This document shows positions 13,196 to 27,247 of a DNA stretch of 64,000 nucleotides, in pieces. The position numbers and the translations under genes are program-made. The stretch lies in the NCBI RefSeq assembly GCF_009914755.1, contig NC_060944.1, one strand, 5' to 3'. Each line of letters starts with the position of its first letter. Within the stretch, counting starts at the first letter, position 1. This DNA is from the human T2T-CHM13v2.0 reference genome, Homo sapiens. The notes below the pieces were generated by a model. The model saw nothing but the letters and a program-made list of their open reading frames with translations, did not search any database and was not told the DNA's origin.

Positions 13196-13368
13196 CCAGG
13201 CACAGTGGCTCATGACTGTAATCCTAAGGCTTTGAGGGGCTGAGGATGGGAGGATTACTTGAGCCCAGGAGTTCAAGGCTTCCATGAGCTATGATCGCAC
13301 CACAGCACTCCTGTCTGGGTCAATGAAGCAAGACTGTGTCTCAAAAACCAACCAAACAAAAAACAACA
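13196..13368 (+). mobile_element. Alu monomer (FRAM/FAM-like)
   Basis: Single arm plus A-rich tail. Confidence 0.8.
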
Positions 13369-13574
13369 GGGAGTGTCCAAAGGCTGTAATACAAGGTCAA
13401 ATGTAGTAAATGATGTAATTGGGAATCGTAAGAAGTGTTTGGAAATATTAGATTTTAATTTGCCCAGTGGTGCCGTAGGTTGGAATGGAGGGAATGCAGG
13501 AAGATGGGCAAGGCTTCACAGAGAAGGAAGCATTTAAGTGATATGTTGATGTTCAGAAACAAGATAGCATGTGA

Positions 13575-13686
13575 GCAGGGTGTAGTGACACGTACCTGTA
13601 GTCCCAGCTACTTGGAAGCCTGAAGCAGGAGGATCACTTGAGCCCAGGAAGTTGAGGCTTCAGTGAGCTCTGATAGTGCCACTGCA
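13575..13686 (+). mobile_element. Partial AluJ/FRAM right arm
   Basis: cctgtagtcccagctacttgg..ggatcacttgagcccagg. Confidence 0.8.
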
Positions 13687-15013
13687 AGACAGATTGTGGA
13701 TTGCAGAAATGGCCATTGCATTCCTCAGGGGAAAATCTATACTCATTTTTAAAGCTTAATTTTTTTCAGCATCTAGAATAGGTGCACCCATGAACATTCA
13801 GTATCTTCAGGAGACTAACCATATGGGAATGGTTTACTAGTAACTCATTTGTACTTGAGTATCCATTATATTGGAAACTAGGACCATTTCTTTCTCATTA
13901 ATTGAGAGTCATGATTTGTCTATAATGTCCTTTATGATGCAGAATTTATCTGATACTTTGAGTTAAATCAGGCTTGCTTTTTGGCTCATAAGTATTTATG
14001 TATAGACAGAAATTGTGGCTTTTATCTATTTTTATTAAGTAAAATTGTGACTGATTTTATAGCAATTAAGATGAATTTTTCTTTGCAGACAAATTTTATT
14101 GAAGGAATATTGACAATCAACTTTCATTGAAAGCAATGGGTTTTGTGATTTCATGGAATAAATGCTCTGTTCTAAGAGTTAACTGACCTATGTTTTTGTT
14201 TCAGGGTTTTGGCTAAATAGCTGCACATCTGTAGCACAAAGCCATTTTTCCTCAGTTTCCTATTGTGTAGAAAAAACATTTGGGATCACAAAATTCCTAG
14301 GTTCCTTCCATTCTGAAAATTTTTACACTAATTCCAACTTTGCCTTGAATGTCTAATGATTTGCATTTCTCTATGTAAAGCACATCTCCTGGCACCGAAC
14401 TGAAAATGAGATTAGAAAACACCTAGTAGAGAGGATAAAAGGTACAAGTCCTAAGCTTATTTTGCATTCCCCTTCTTCCTTTTTTCTCCCCTGAGAAGCA
14501 GGATGTCAAGCTCCTTGGAAAACTAATATTTCAAAGGAAATATCAATTTGCAACTGAAGTATGGGATTGAATGATTTCATTGTCTCAAAATGATATGGTG
14601 GTGAGGGTAACATTCTATAATTTAAATATTCAAAGTTTTGAAAATGTACAGATTCTTTTAGTAATTCTTCCCCAGAAATACTAGTATTTACTAGTAGTAT
14701 TTTTTAAAAGCAAGTCTTCTTTGCAAGATATAATCAGTATTGAATCCATAAAACAGAATATTTTGGAAGTATGGCTTTAACACCATGGCATAATTATAGC
14801 TGATTATGACCAGAGTTTTGAATTCAAGTAACATTAACACACCACAATTATTGAAGTTGTATGTATCCAGATTAGCAAAATGAGCAATATTTTTCTCTCA
14901 ACCCTTAATTCCTACATGTTAGTCCTATTTCCTCTGATATTTTCAGGAGTCCTCTTTGCTTTCAGTAGGTATTCAAATGATGACTCTTTCAGTTCTCCAT
15001 ATAGAAGACAGAA

Positions 15014-15555
15014 ATTAGTCTTATTCTCAAGCTCTAACAAACCTTCCCAAAACCCAGTGACATAAAACAATAAACATTTGTTATTGCTAATGAGTTTGCA
15101 GGTCAGCTGAGTGGTTCTGGGTTCATGTATGTGTCTGTGGTCAGCTGTGGGTTGATGAAGTGGCTCTGCTGATTTGGGCTGGGGTCTCTCACATGTTTCG
15201 AGGTCATCTGGCTCTAGACTAGTCTAGAGTTGTCCCTACTCATCTCCGCGTGTTTTGTTCAGCTCTCCCTTAAAATCAGCACTCTTCTGGTTTCTCCACC
15301 CTGGGGATATCCTCACAGTGAAAGCAGAACAGTAAGAGACAGAGTGGAAACACACAAGGCCTCTTGAGGCCTAGACTTGGAACAGGCACTCCATCAATTA
15401 CGCCACATGCTTTCGCCCAAAGCAAGTCTCAAGGTCAAGCCAGTTTTCCCCCGATTTAGCAGTAGGGAAATAGAAGGAGCTACAGTCATGTTGCAAAAGG
15501 ATGTGGATACAGGGAAGGTGAAGAATTGTGGCCACTTTTGCAATCAATCTACCCC
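15014..15555 (-). mobile_element. MaLR LTR (MLT1H-like)
   Basis: taacaaaccttcccaaaacccagtgacataaaacaataaacatttgttattgct...ttttgcaatcaatctac. Confidence 0.7.
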
Positions 15556-15645
15556 ACTTTCCTTCTGAGAAGCTGGTTGTTTCCAGTGAAATCAAAGCCA
15601 GCTGAAACCTGGACAATCAAGTAGCCAAAAACCTTCCCTGTTAGA

Positions 15646-16023
15646 CTTCAGCATATTGAATTTGGCTTGTACCAATTTACAGAGCCAGTTGTTAAACACA
15701 GCTATTAAACTACATAAACTTCAATCTAAATACATTATATTGAAAAAAGATGATCATGTTAATACTGTCACTTCCTACTTTTTATTATTATCCATGTTCT
15801 CAAAGTTATTTATAATCATTATATCCAAATGGTAGGAATGCTATATAATGATGCTACTGACATCTCTGCCCAAATCTGTGCTCAGTGACACCATGTTGAT
15901 AGATTGAAATTGGCCATGAGAGTATTTACACAAGATAAATTGACAAACACTACTAATTAGGGCTTTTTTTCTTCCTTTTTTTTTTTGATAGCTGCTTGTT
16001 AACATTTACCAGCCCATCATTGC
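15646..16023. mobile_element. hAT-Blackjack MITE (MER63-like)
   Basis: ggcttgtacc..agagccagttgttaaa and ttgttaacatttaccagc termini; ttgaaattggccatg. Confidence 0.7.
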
Positions 16024-16242
16024 CTGTATGTGTGATGGAGGATTTGAAGGCCCAAGTCAAGTCATTCCTGCATTTTATAGCATGAGTTACAGATTTACTT
16101 TATTGACTTTTATGTGTTCTATGGCTTTGATGGAAGAAGGAAAATATGTGGATAGAGTAATTGAAGAAACGAAATTGCTTAAAGCTACATTTTAAAATCA
16201 GTAATGACCATAGTGATAAAAGCTGTTTCTCTCTTTCTTTAG

Positions 16243-16335
16243 TAAACTTTACTGGATGTAATGAAAACAAATTTATTCAACTTACTAGTGTCAGTGTACA
16301 AGAATAACCTTAAGGAAAAATGGAAGAACATGCAG
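16243..16335 (+). pseudogene. Fossil exon G, 93 nt
   Basis: tttctctctttctttag| acceptor, CAG|gtaatg donor. Phase-1 frame (V)NFTGCNENKFIQLTSVS (cf. CATSPERE VFQIAVGCDDKKFIAIKGFS). Two TAA stops downstream. Confidence 0.7.
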
Positions 16336-17029
16336 GTAATGTTTTAAATTACAGCTTCAGTCATTAAAATATGGCATATGCATTCAGGCAAAAATTGTCT
16401 TGTGTTAAGTGTTTTCAACACATAATAATTTCAAGATGAAATTATTGTGAATTGAAAAGCAACAAAAGGAAAGTGAGGTTCACTATCTTCTATCTCCTTG
16501 CTAATGGAGGCCAGAACTTATTTAGTTTTGTGAGTCAGATGAGTTGAAATTTGCCTTCCAGTATTCCAAGGCAGCAAAAGGTCATTCCATCTACATAAGA
16601 GCCTGTCGAGCAGAGAGCCCTTTTCATAAAGAAAATTCATTGAAGAAGCACTAGAAAATGAATATAATGCAAAGAGTAAGGCTGTTCAAATTCTATTATT
16701 CAGTTTTACCAGTATTACAGTAAATTCCCAGAAAAAACAAGAATTATAGTGATTTTATGTGAGGGATCAACTTACCTGGGCTCTTTCTGGCTTTTTAAAA
16801 TCCGTTTATTGGGGGTATTTTAATGAATTGTTAGAATGTGGTATTGGACAGTGGGAACTTATAATGAATATTTGAGATGTGGTGTTTCAGAGTAGGAAAA
16901 ATGAGACTGCTAAGTAAGTAAAGAATCAGGATTCTATTTATAAGCCCCTGACAATCCAAAGAAGATTGTTTTAACTTTCAGTGTAACTTCTGAGGCTACA
17001 CAGCCCATTGCCTCCTGATATTTTAACTG

Positions 17030-18200
17030 TTACACATAACCAAGGGAGGAAAGCTAGAATGAATCATGTGATACTAAAATGAGACATGCATAGCTTAATT
17101 TAACAAATGGATAAATTTGAAAATAAAATTTTTTTTAATGTGAGCAAATAAGAAATCTTTCATACAGAATAGTCCCAAGTAACTTATGTGGTTAATGCAC
17201 CCTTGATAGGCTGGAAAAAAACTCCCCAGCCTTTAAATCACAGATAACGAGTATCTTCCAAAGAGTACAATATGGAAAAAGGGAAAAAGAGTAACTTTCT
17301 CAGTGGAGAAACCTGACAAACACTCTGTATTAGTCCATTTTCACATTGCTGATAAAGACACACCCAAAACTTGGAACAAAAAGAGGTTTAATTGGACTTA
17401 CAGTTCTACATGGCTGGGGAGGCCTCAGAATTATGCAGGAGGCAAAAGGAACTTCTTACATGGTGGCGGCAAGAGAAAAATGAGGAAGAAGCAAAAGCGG
17501 AAACCCCTGATAAACTCGTCAGATCTCTTAAGACTTATTCGCTATCACGAGAATAGCATGGGAAAGACAGGCCCCCATGATTCAGTGATCTTCCCTTGGG
17601 TCCCTTCCACAATATGTGGGAATTCTGAGAGATACAAATCAGGTTGAGATTTGGGTGGGGACACAGCCAAACCAAATCACACTCCCTCAGCCGGTGATCA
17701 GGTCAACATTTTCAGTATTAAGTCATGTTGCTGGTTTGTAACCTTGGTGTGATGTAATAATGACATTATCTGCTGGTCTTCTTCCCCAGAACCGAAAATT
17801 CCAGTCTAATCATGAGAAAATCATCAGACAAATCCAGATTAAGGGATATTTTGCAAAATACCTGAGCAGGATTCCTTAAAACAGTCAAGGTTTTCAAAAA
17901 CAAGGAAAGTCTGAGAAAACTCGTGGTATAGGGGAACGTAAGAAGGCATGATGAGTAAATGCAATGTGGTATCCTAAATGGGATCCTGGAACAAGGAAAG
18001 GACACTAGGTCAAAACTAAGGAAATATGAATAGAATATGGACATTAGTTTTTTAAAAATATCAATATTGGTTGATTGACTGTGACAAATATATCATACTA
18101 ATGTAAGATATTAACAACAGCAGAAACAGTTTCCCCTGTTGTAGAAGGTATAGATAGGAGTATTCTGTCTATTCTCTTTGCAACTTTTCTGTAAATCTAT
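17030..18200 (+). mobile_element. L1MC/L1MD 3' end, split by THE1
   Basis: agtggagaaacctgacaaacac..ccagtctaatcatgagaaaa..aaaaacaaggaaagtctgagaaa..gggatcctggaaca. Confidence 0.85.
17326..17679 (-). mobile_element. THE1C-like solo LTR
   Basis: TG...CA ends; perfect 5-bp TSD CACTC at 17321-17325 and 17680-17684. Confidence 0.95.
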
Positions 18201-18230
18201 TTATAGACATCTAAAATAGTTGCTGTAGTA

Positions 18231-18432
18231 GGGCATGGTGGTGTGAACCTATAGTCCCAGCTAATCATGAAGCTGAGGTGGGAAGATTACCGGGGGCCAG
18301 GAGTTCAAGGCTGCAGTACATGAGGATCACACCTGTGAATAGCCACTGCACCACTCCAGCAGCCTGGGCAAGACCCCTTCTTAAAAAAAGGAAAAAAGAA
18401 AGAAAAGGAAAGAAAGAAAGAAAAAGGAAAAA
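18231..18432 (+). mobile_element. FAM (fossil Alu monomer)
   Basis: Retains the 7SL-type cctgtgaatagccactgca segment; A/G-rich tail. Confidence 0.8.
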
Positions 18433-19401
18433 TGAAATAGGTACTGTAAAACTGTTCTGAATTGGAAGTTTTTTTTAAAAAAAAAAATCAGATTATGGCG
18501 ACATAAATATTAGACATCCCTTAGCAAATTCTCTGATATTTTAAATCAGATGCATGGGACATACTGTAAATTTGTAGATAGCTGAATGCAACACATATTT
18601 AATACAATGATTCTTAACTCTGGATAGCTTTACACCTTTAAGCATATTAGCATTTTTGTCTGAGTAGCTGAAATCACACTGTAAAAAAAGTCAACTGTGT
18701 TAGGGTCTATTTCTAGCTGTGCCACTGCCCAGCTGTGGCATCTGAAACAAATTACTTCATCTCACATTCGGCAGCCTTTCTGCCCACGCCACAAATATAG
18801 TGCTGTGTGTTCAGGACACTTAAGAAGTCATGTAACAGTAATAATTTTTTTTTATTGCTAATAGCTATGTAATCTTATCAAGGTCTATTTGAATAAAGGG
18901 CTCTACAATCCAAAATATAGTTGATTTACTATCAAATAAATTTAATTTTCAGTATTTTACATGGTATTCAACATTGTAATTTAAACATTTCGTTTAGAAA
19001 CAAGTAGCATTTCTGTGGGTTAGAGACTGATTTGGAGAGACCACATCCACATTCACTTACCATGTGTTCCCAACTAAATTAGCTGAAGATGCAAAAACCC
19101 AGTGGACATAAAGTCAGGGCTAAGGGAGAGAAAGTGTGTATTATCTAGGCTTTACCTGGGTAAGGAAAGGGCTTTTCTGTGATGGCATGCAACTGCCTAT
19201 GACATTCTTTCTACAAGTAGGGTCTTGATGGAATTAAAGACCATAACTCGAACTTGCTATGCTACAAGCCTTTTCTATGGGGGACTATATTCCCATTCCA
19301 CATAAACAACATTAGCAATCAGGGGTCTGCAGATATTTTCTTGAATGAAATTTGACATCTCTGAGGACCGACAAGGATACTGCTCATATGGAATGTATAT
19401 T

Positions 19402-19739
<338 letters not shown>

Positions 19740-19989
19740 TAAGAGTGGGGATCAATAATAGGAGACAATAAACAAGCAAATAAATAATATTATTTAAGAA
19801 ATTGATATGAACTATGAAGAAAACTAAAGCAGAGTCACAGGAAAGAAGATGCTGGGGGATGAGGTCCCCCCATTGAATCTGATTTAATACACTTTTATTT
19901 GGGTGGTGCAGATAATGAGTTGAGTCTGAGGAAAATGATCATAAATCCATTTTCCTGATAGCTAAAAAAAAATTAGAACTAATAAAAAC

Positions 19990-20430
19990 TGTAATTTTTT
20001 ATAAATAAATTCACACTGTGTATGCTTTTTTTCTCTCTGGGTTGGTTCACTCAACATTATATGCATATATTGTTGGGTGTTACTGTAGATTGTCCATTTT
20101 CTTTGCTGTGTAGAGTTTTATTGTATGAATATACCAAATGTATTTATCCATTATACAATTGACAGTCTTTTGTATAGTTCTCGGTTTGGTGCTATGACAA
20201 AGAGTGTTGCTTTCAACATCCTAACACATGAGTCTGACACAAACACCTATGGGTGGAATTGCTGAGTCCTAGAGTGTGCTTATATTCAATAGAGCAAAGT
20301 ATTTTCTCAAAGTAGTTGCCCTAATCTACATTCCTATTAAGAGTACAAGAGAGATCTTGTTCTCCACATCCTCACCAAAAGTTGATTAGTGATCCTTTTA
20401 TTCATTTATGTCTTTCTAGTGAGTGTTCCA
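19990..20430 (-). mobile_element. Old L1M fragment
   Basis: ttcactcaacatta..attgtatgaatatacca..gtggaattgctgagtc..ctccacatcctcacca. Confidence 0.7.
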
Positions 20431-20621
20431 TGGTAACACCTAATAAACGATCCTTTTATTATTAAATTAAATTTATATAATTTATTTTTATTGAATTTGA
20501 TGTGCGTATTATGCCCAGTTATAAGTCCTGATGCATGAACCACACTTGACACGTGAGCCTCTACTCATAGGCCCATGCAACCTGCTTTTTTTTATTTTTA
20601 AGTTAATTTGTAATTTTTAAT

Positions 20622-21062
20622 TGTAATGGGTTGAATAGCAGTCCCCAAAAAGATATGTCCATGTCCTAATTCTCAGAACCTATGAATGACACCTTATTTG
20701 GAAAAAGGCTCCTTGCAGATATAATTAAGTATCTTGAGAGGAAAAGATCATCCTGAATTACCCAGGTGTGTCCTAAATCCAGTGACAAGTGTCCTTGTAA
20801 GAGACATACTAGGAAGATTTGACACAGACAGAGGAGGAGGAGGCAATGTGAAGATGGAGGCAGAGGTTAGAGCAATGCCAAGGAATGCCTGGAACCACCA
20901 GAGGCTGAAAGAGGCAGGGACCTGAATCTCCCGTAGCAGCGTGACACTGATGACACTTTAATTGTGGACTTTTGATCTCCAAAACTTTGAGAGTCAATGT
21001 CTGTTCTTTTAAACCACCAAGTATGTGGCAATTTGTTATGGCAGCCTCAGGAATCTAATACA
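20622..21062 (+). mobile_element. MaLR solo LTR (MLT1C-like)
   Basis: tgtaatgggttgaatag..aaaagatatgtcc..tttgttatggcagcc..ctaataca. Confidence 0.9.
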
Positions 21063-21109
21063 TTGAAAGAGACAATTTATCACATCATCTAAAACTGCAC
21101 CAGTGTGCT

Positions 21110-21398
21110 AACCAGCAGCCAAATTTAAAATGTAGCTGGTCCACACTGGATGTACTGTAAGTGCAAAATACACAGTGAATTTTGAAGTCTTAGTATGAAA
21201 AAAGGGATGCAAAATATATCATGAATACCTTTGCATGTTATTAATAGGTTGAAATGATAATATATTGGAAATATTGAGTTAAATACATCTTAGTGTTAAA
21301 ATTAATTTCACCCATGCCTCTTTACCTTTTTAAAAAATGTGACTACTGGAACATTTTAAAATATATGTATAACTCACATATTCTATTAGATAGTGCTA
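21110..21398. mobile_element. hAT-Charlie MITE (MER33)
   Basis: gtaagtgcaaaatacac..ttttgaagtcttagtatgaaaaaa..ttaaaattaatttcacc..aatgtgactact. Confidence 0.8.
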
Positions 21399-21596
21399 CC
21401 TAAACAAGAGTGGGAACATTTAGAGGTCTGTCTATAAGAATTACAGCCTAACTGTTGTCAGTACATCATAAATTCATTCTTTTAGTCTTTGTTCACCCAA
21501 TGAAAGAGTAGACTTTTATTGGGCTTCTGTTTTCAAGTTCTGTTGCACAGATTGGGGTATAAATATAGAGATCCTGCATTCCATTTGTGTAAACTA

Positions 21597-22057
<461 letters not shown>

Positions 22058-22099
22058 TCAGCTTACCCTAGTTATTGCATGTGGAGGAATACATTGTAA

Positions 22100-22390
22100 G
22101 GTATTATTAGTTATTGCTACAGTAAAGCTGCATAACAAAACCCATCAAGCACAATAGTTTACAACAACATGCATTTATTTTATTGTTCAGGTACATATAT
22201 GCTGGTGAGTTATGCTGTGTGCTGGCTGAGTTTGGATCCAGATAGCCAGGATCCAGTTAGCCAAAACCAGTCACATGGTCTAACCCCAAATCAGTGGGCA
22301 GAGATGTACACAACCCCCTACTTGACCCCACTGTGGGGTTCCAGAGGGTGGGACTGAGGATTTGAGAACAATTATCACATCCACTACACA
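22100..22390 (-). mobile_element. Old MaLR LTR (MLT1I-like)
   Basis: gctgcataacaaaac..agtcacatggtctaacccc..gtgggcagag. Confidence 0.55.
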
Positions 22391-23561
22391 AGAAAACATC
22401 ATTTTCCTCTTCTATCTGACTGTCATTTCAATAGCAGGTTCACATTCATTGATTATCTAAGATGTGATCAAATTATGCAGTAAGAGAAGCAGGAAGTCAG
22501 AGATGAGTAACTAGCTAGGCCCTGTCTTAGAGGATTTTATGGTCTAATAGAGGACACAGGTCCATTATTTGACCTCCTTGTGCTTCCTCATCCATAAAGC
22601 AGATAGCACTACTGCTTGCTTTACATGGTTATCCTGAAGATTCATATGAAGGGCAACTCATCAAGATTATAAGATTATAAAGATATAGCTGTTGTCTGTA
22701 TCTGTCTATCTAGTTGTCCATCTAGTTATTTGGTTTGGCCTTGATTTTTAAAAACTAGCTGCAGCTATATTGATATGTGCTTTGGAAATAAAACAACATG
22801 GAGGAAACACAGCATGTTAACGATGCCTATATTTGGGTTTTGGCATAATGAAGAATTTGTTTTTCTTTTTATATGTTTCAGTATTTCCTAAAATTTCTTT
22901 CATGATCATCTGTGACCAAAAAAAAAAAAAAACCAATATACATTTTAAAAGATAATTTACCCAGCGAATTGGTTTAACTGGGGAATTCTAGCTCCAAAAT
23001 TTGTTTTATTTGCTAAAGACTTTGACCAAATTGTGTAGATAATTATGCAAACATTAATGTTTACTTTGTTTTCATAGCTACCACCTTGGAATTTTCTAGA
23101 AAATGTTTTATTTTTAATATACATTTATGGATTTGATTTCTAATAATTTGCATTATTTTTATTTTAATATTACATATGTTTAAACTATAAACAAGGAAGT
23201 CAGACATGTTTTTCTTGCCTCAGCCTTACTGTTATTTAGAATTGTCAAGTATTAATGTTTCCCTTTCGTTGACAAAGATGGGGTGTGCTGCCACAGGAAA
23301 CCCTTGTTATATGGAGGCTCTTCCAGCTTTATTTAAATTGTGAACATTTGTACTTAATAACACGAACAATGAGCAGTCTGGATTTTTCTTTTTCAAGTTG
23401 TCAGTGCAAGTAAAGGCATTTTAAAATCCGAATCTGCTTCCACCAGCAGTTTTGATAATTAAAGTACACAAAATGTATCAAACATTTGAGATAGGCCAAG
23501 TATTCCGTTGAATTTGTTACAGATCTTGAAGTGGACTCAATCACTACTTGCTACTTTTCAG

Positions 23562-23629
23562 AGAACCTTTCCAGGTATACTAGCTAGGTATGAATATCAG
23601 AAGGCTATTACCACTGTTTGACCACAAAG
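23562..23629 (+). pseudogene. Possible fossil exon H, 68 nt
   Basis: ctacttttcag| acceptor, AAG|gtaaag donor. Only weak peptide resemblance (RYEYQK cf. CATSPERD FYSYQQ), but the position fits between exons G and I. Confidence 0.35.
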
Positions 23630-24607
23630 GTAAAGAACATCCAATAGACAACTAAATTCTAGATCTTTCTTTATTTGCGGTATGGGAAATTTTTTAACAT
23701 ATTCTGAATCTTTTATTTTTTGCAACTTTCACTGTCTCAGATTAGACTTTAAAACTCAAGAGCTAGAATAATTGGTCTAGCACCATCTCTGGTGTCTTCT
23801 ATGGATGCGTTGCCTACAGTATATTCTGTCATCATCTGTGGTTTTCTAAACTGAATTGCATTTAATTTCAATCAAGCAATTCATGCTGTATTTGAACTTC
23901 AGGCATATCTTTATTTTCCAGAAAGCCTGTTTATCATATGGCCACTCCTGACTTCCTGAAACTCTAACAGATTAACTGAGAAGAAAACAAGTATTATATT
24001 TCTAAGGCATTTTCAGCTAGTGGAAAAGATAAATGACTATATGAGTCAATAAAAAAGTATAATTTTCATTGAAAGGTAGATTGGAAGAGCACTATCAAGA
24101 CAAAAAAAAAAGAATCTGTTTTTAATGAAAATGAAGAGATCTGTTTTCTCAATCGTCATACTAAAAAATGAGTGGTGTCTGCACATATTTTTATTTGGGA
24201 TAATAAAATTGAACAAGATTATTGCTAAGCCAGCATACTAAGGAAAGAGGACATATAAGCCATATCAAATTTAATGTAATTGCCCCACACTATCTTCTAC
24301 AAGAAACAAAAACAAAAAACAAACAAACAAAAACTTGGAAATAAGATTTGTGAAGTGCACATTGTCTTGATGACCCATGGAATTTCAACCAGCTCTTTTA
24401 AAAGAAGTTTACCTATAAGATGCCTTAGACACACCCTCCCTTTCTGAATCCTGTATGAATGCGTAAGAGAAGAAAAAATGCCACAAACAGCATGGGATGT
24501 TGGAAAGAATTGGGGAATGTGAGAAATAGAAAGGAAAGATTAAAACAATCAAAAATCAAAGAAATGTAAAGTATTACTTGAGAACATTTCTCTGATGTTT
24601 AATCTAA

Positions 24608-24800
24608 TATTCTATCCAAAGCTTTCTGCACTGCTAGAAATGTTCTGTATCTGTGTTGTCTGTATAGTAGCCATTAGCCACATGTAGCTGTGGAGCATTG
24701 GAAATGTGACTTTTGTAACTGAGGAAATGAATTTCTAGTTTTATTTCATTTTAAGTGTAAATAGCCACATGTGGCTAGTGGCTGCCTTATGGGAAAGCAC
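24608..24800. mobile_element. MER3 (hAT-Charlie)
   Basis: gtagccattagccacatgtagct..aatagccacatgtggctagtggct. Confidence 0.85.
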
Positions 24801-24806
24801 ATGTTC

Positions 24807-24950
24807 ACAGCTCTACCTCTCAAAGTATGTTTGGGAGTTTATTAGAAATATAGCATCTTGGCTCCCACCCAGACCTACTGACTCAGAATATGCATTTTAA
24901 CAAGATCTCCAGGCAAGTGGTTTGCTCCTGAAAGTTCCAGAGGCCCTGCC
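24807..24950. mobile_element. MER5A (hAT-Charlie)
   Basis: cccagacctactgactcagaatatgcattttaacaagatctccagg. Confidence 0.8.
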
Positions 24951-25394
24951 CTAGAGCAATGTTCACTTGCTAATTAACCACCCATTCAGAAACACTGAGA
25001 ATTCTTTATTGTTATCATGGGTGAGTGAATATTAGCAGTGTGTTCATTTTATCCACAGAGGAGTCCTTGATGCAATAGGGTGAGTCATAATAGTGCTTGA
25101 ACTGCTTACTTTAAATCTTTTCCCAAATGTGAACAAAACTTACCCTGCTGATTGATCTGTTGATTTTCCCATTCATGAAACAAACAGAGTCCTTACATGG
25201 CAGGTGGAAGGGCATTAAGGTTTACTCAGCATCTCTAGTTGCAGCTGGATGTGTACCTTATTTCTCTGTAGTAAAAGAAGTCTTGACACCTGAATTAAAA
25301 AATTATCATTAAAAAGTTTAAAGGAAGGAAACATTATAAGTGTTCGAACTAGAAAATGATGTTGACAATTTATTGCATTTGGCCCCTTTCCATA

Positions 25395-25715
25395 GGTCTT
25401 AATTTGGAATCCTGCAAAAGCTGACTCTGAGAAAAGCACTTGTATACAGGTGGATTATTTGAAAGTGATCCCAGGTACCATAGTGAGTGGAGTAGGGGGA
25501 GTGAAGCAGAGAAAGGAGAAAGGTCATTAAAGTGTACTTGGATGAGTGGGCCACTGATACGAACAACTGGGGTTCAACCCCTCTTGGGGCCATCTGAGAG
25601 GCTGGGCATGTAAGGGAGGAAGACATCAGCATGTGTGGGAACTGTGCACCTAAGCTGCAGGAGTCACCTTAGATGGTGGACATGGTGTAGGACACCAACA
25701 GGGTCTTGTACACCA
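25395..25715 (-). mobile_element. Old ERVL-type LTR fragment (LTR16/LTR33-like)
   Basis: aagctgactctgaga..ttatttgaaagtgatcccagg. Confidence 0.5.
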
Positions 25716-26888
25716 TAATAGGAATTGCTTATGTAATGGGATCCTACCCTTCATGTGGGGCAGAAAAATATCAATGTCTGCTGGGGAATGAAAACCAAGA
25801 TCCAGGGCAACACCATGAATCTGGTAAAAGTCTGCTAGTGGTCAGTTTGCCTTAGGTAGGTTGTTGCTCTTGGCCACAGGGTGTAAAGGAGGCTTTGGAC
25901 TTAGTGATCCCAGAGGTTATTCCCTGCTCTCATGCCAGTATTCTTCTGCAGCTTTCCTCATCAATGTTTATATATTTCTTTCTTTTTTCTGAAACTTGCT
26001 CTTTCACTCTGTCTCTCCCCTAGGGAACACTAAAAATAGCCTGTAGGTTAAGGAATCTCCAAAACACAGGTGTGATTTGTTTGAAATTCTGTTTGACTCA
26101 TGTGTGTTGAGTTACTTCTAAATTCAAGGTATTGTGACTACTTGAATGATATTTTTTAGAAACAAAATAATGAGAAAACTTGGTCTGACAAGGGAGATTT
26201 TTCTGATCTTTGTATGCATTTATTTATGATTATCTGAAGCGTGATGTAAAATAACTTATGTATATACATAGCACAGTGAGTTCTGGATGGAGAGAAGACT
26301 AATTATTTATAGAAAAAGTCTTTTTAATGTAAAAATATTACATTGAATTAGATTTAGTTACATATGATCAAATTGTCATTTCTAAATAAAACAAAATTCT
26401 GAAGGCTGTCCTTGAAAATCAAAGAGATGTGTCACACTAGCTGCGGGGGGTGCAAAGGTATGCTCACTAACATTAAGTAATTTACTGTCCCTTTGGAAGG
26501 TAATATATATTCCCCTAAACAGGAAAAGTAAGTTTGCAAGGGAGCATGGTTTATGTACAGTCACAGGAGTAGGGCTTGTAAAAGATTCTGTAGATATTGA
26601 GGAGGAGGTATGTGTGAGACAGAGCATGGGATTTAACATGTATAGTAATGACCTGCTTGGAGATGGAAGGATTTGAGCCAAGTTTTGAAATGTGAGGGTT
26701 TTGTTTAGAGACTCTTTCAGGAAAATGAAGCAAACAGAGCTGAGCATCATCCTGGTAGCCTGACTGAAGAGTACTTGGCAAATTAGAGAAGATATAGTTG
26801 CAAATGGCAGGGAAGAATGTGAATGCTACGCATAGTGCTTTTGGGAAATAGTCCTTGATGGTGTCTCTTTTACAGTTGAAGAGACAGA

Positions 26889-26890
<2 letters not shown>

Positions 26891-26933
<43 letters not shown>

Positions 26934-26985
26934 CGCTTCAGCTGTAAACACATATATATGTAGTTTTAAATACATATATGTGTAT

Positions 26986-27028
<43 letters not shown>
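26891..27028. repeat. (CA)n and (CA)n(TA)n microsatellites
   Basis: Directly visible. Confidence 0.95.
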
Positions 27029-27062
<34 letters not shown>

Positions 27063-27247
27063 AGATGGAGTCTCACTCTGTCGCCCAGGCTGGAGTGCAG
27101 TGGCGCAATCTCGGCTCACCACAAGCTCCGCCTCCCAGGTTCACGCCATTCTTCTGCTTCAGCCTCCTGAGTAGCTGGGACTACAGGCGCCCACCACCAT
27201 GCCCAGCTAATTTTTTGTATTTTTAGTGGAGACAGGGTTTCACCATG
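27029..27247 (-). mobile_element. 5'-truncated AluY
   Basis: caagctccgcc and gttcacgccattc diagnostics; 33-nt poly(T). Confidence 0.93.

Noticed and set aside
13770-14140. Two further acceptor-like sites (13769, 14088) as fossil exons
   Set aside because: Weak donors and no recognisable similarity; exons F and G already join without a large gap.
18231-18432. 7SL RNA gene
   Set aside because: Lacks the S domain and is highly diverged; it is a FAM Alu monomer.
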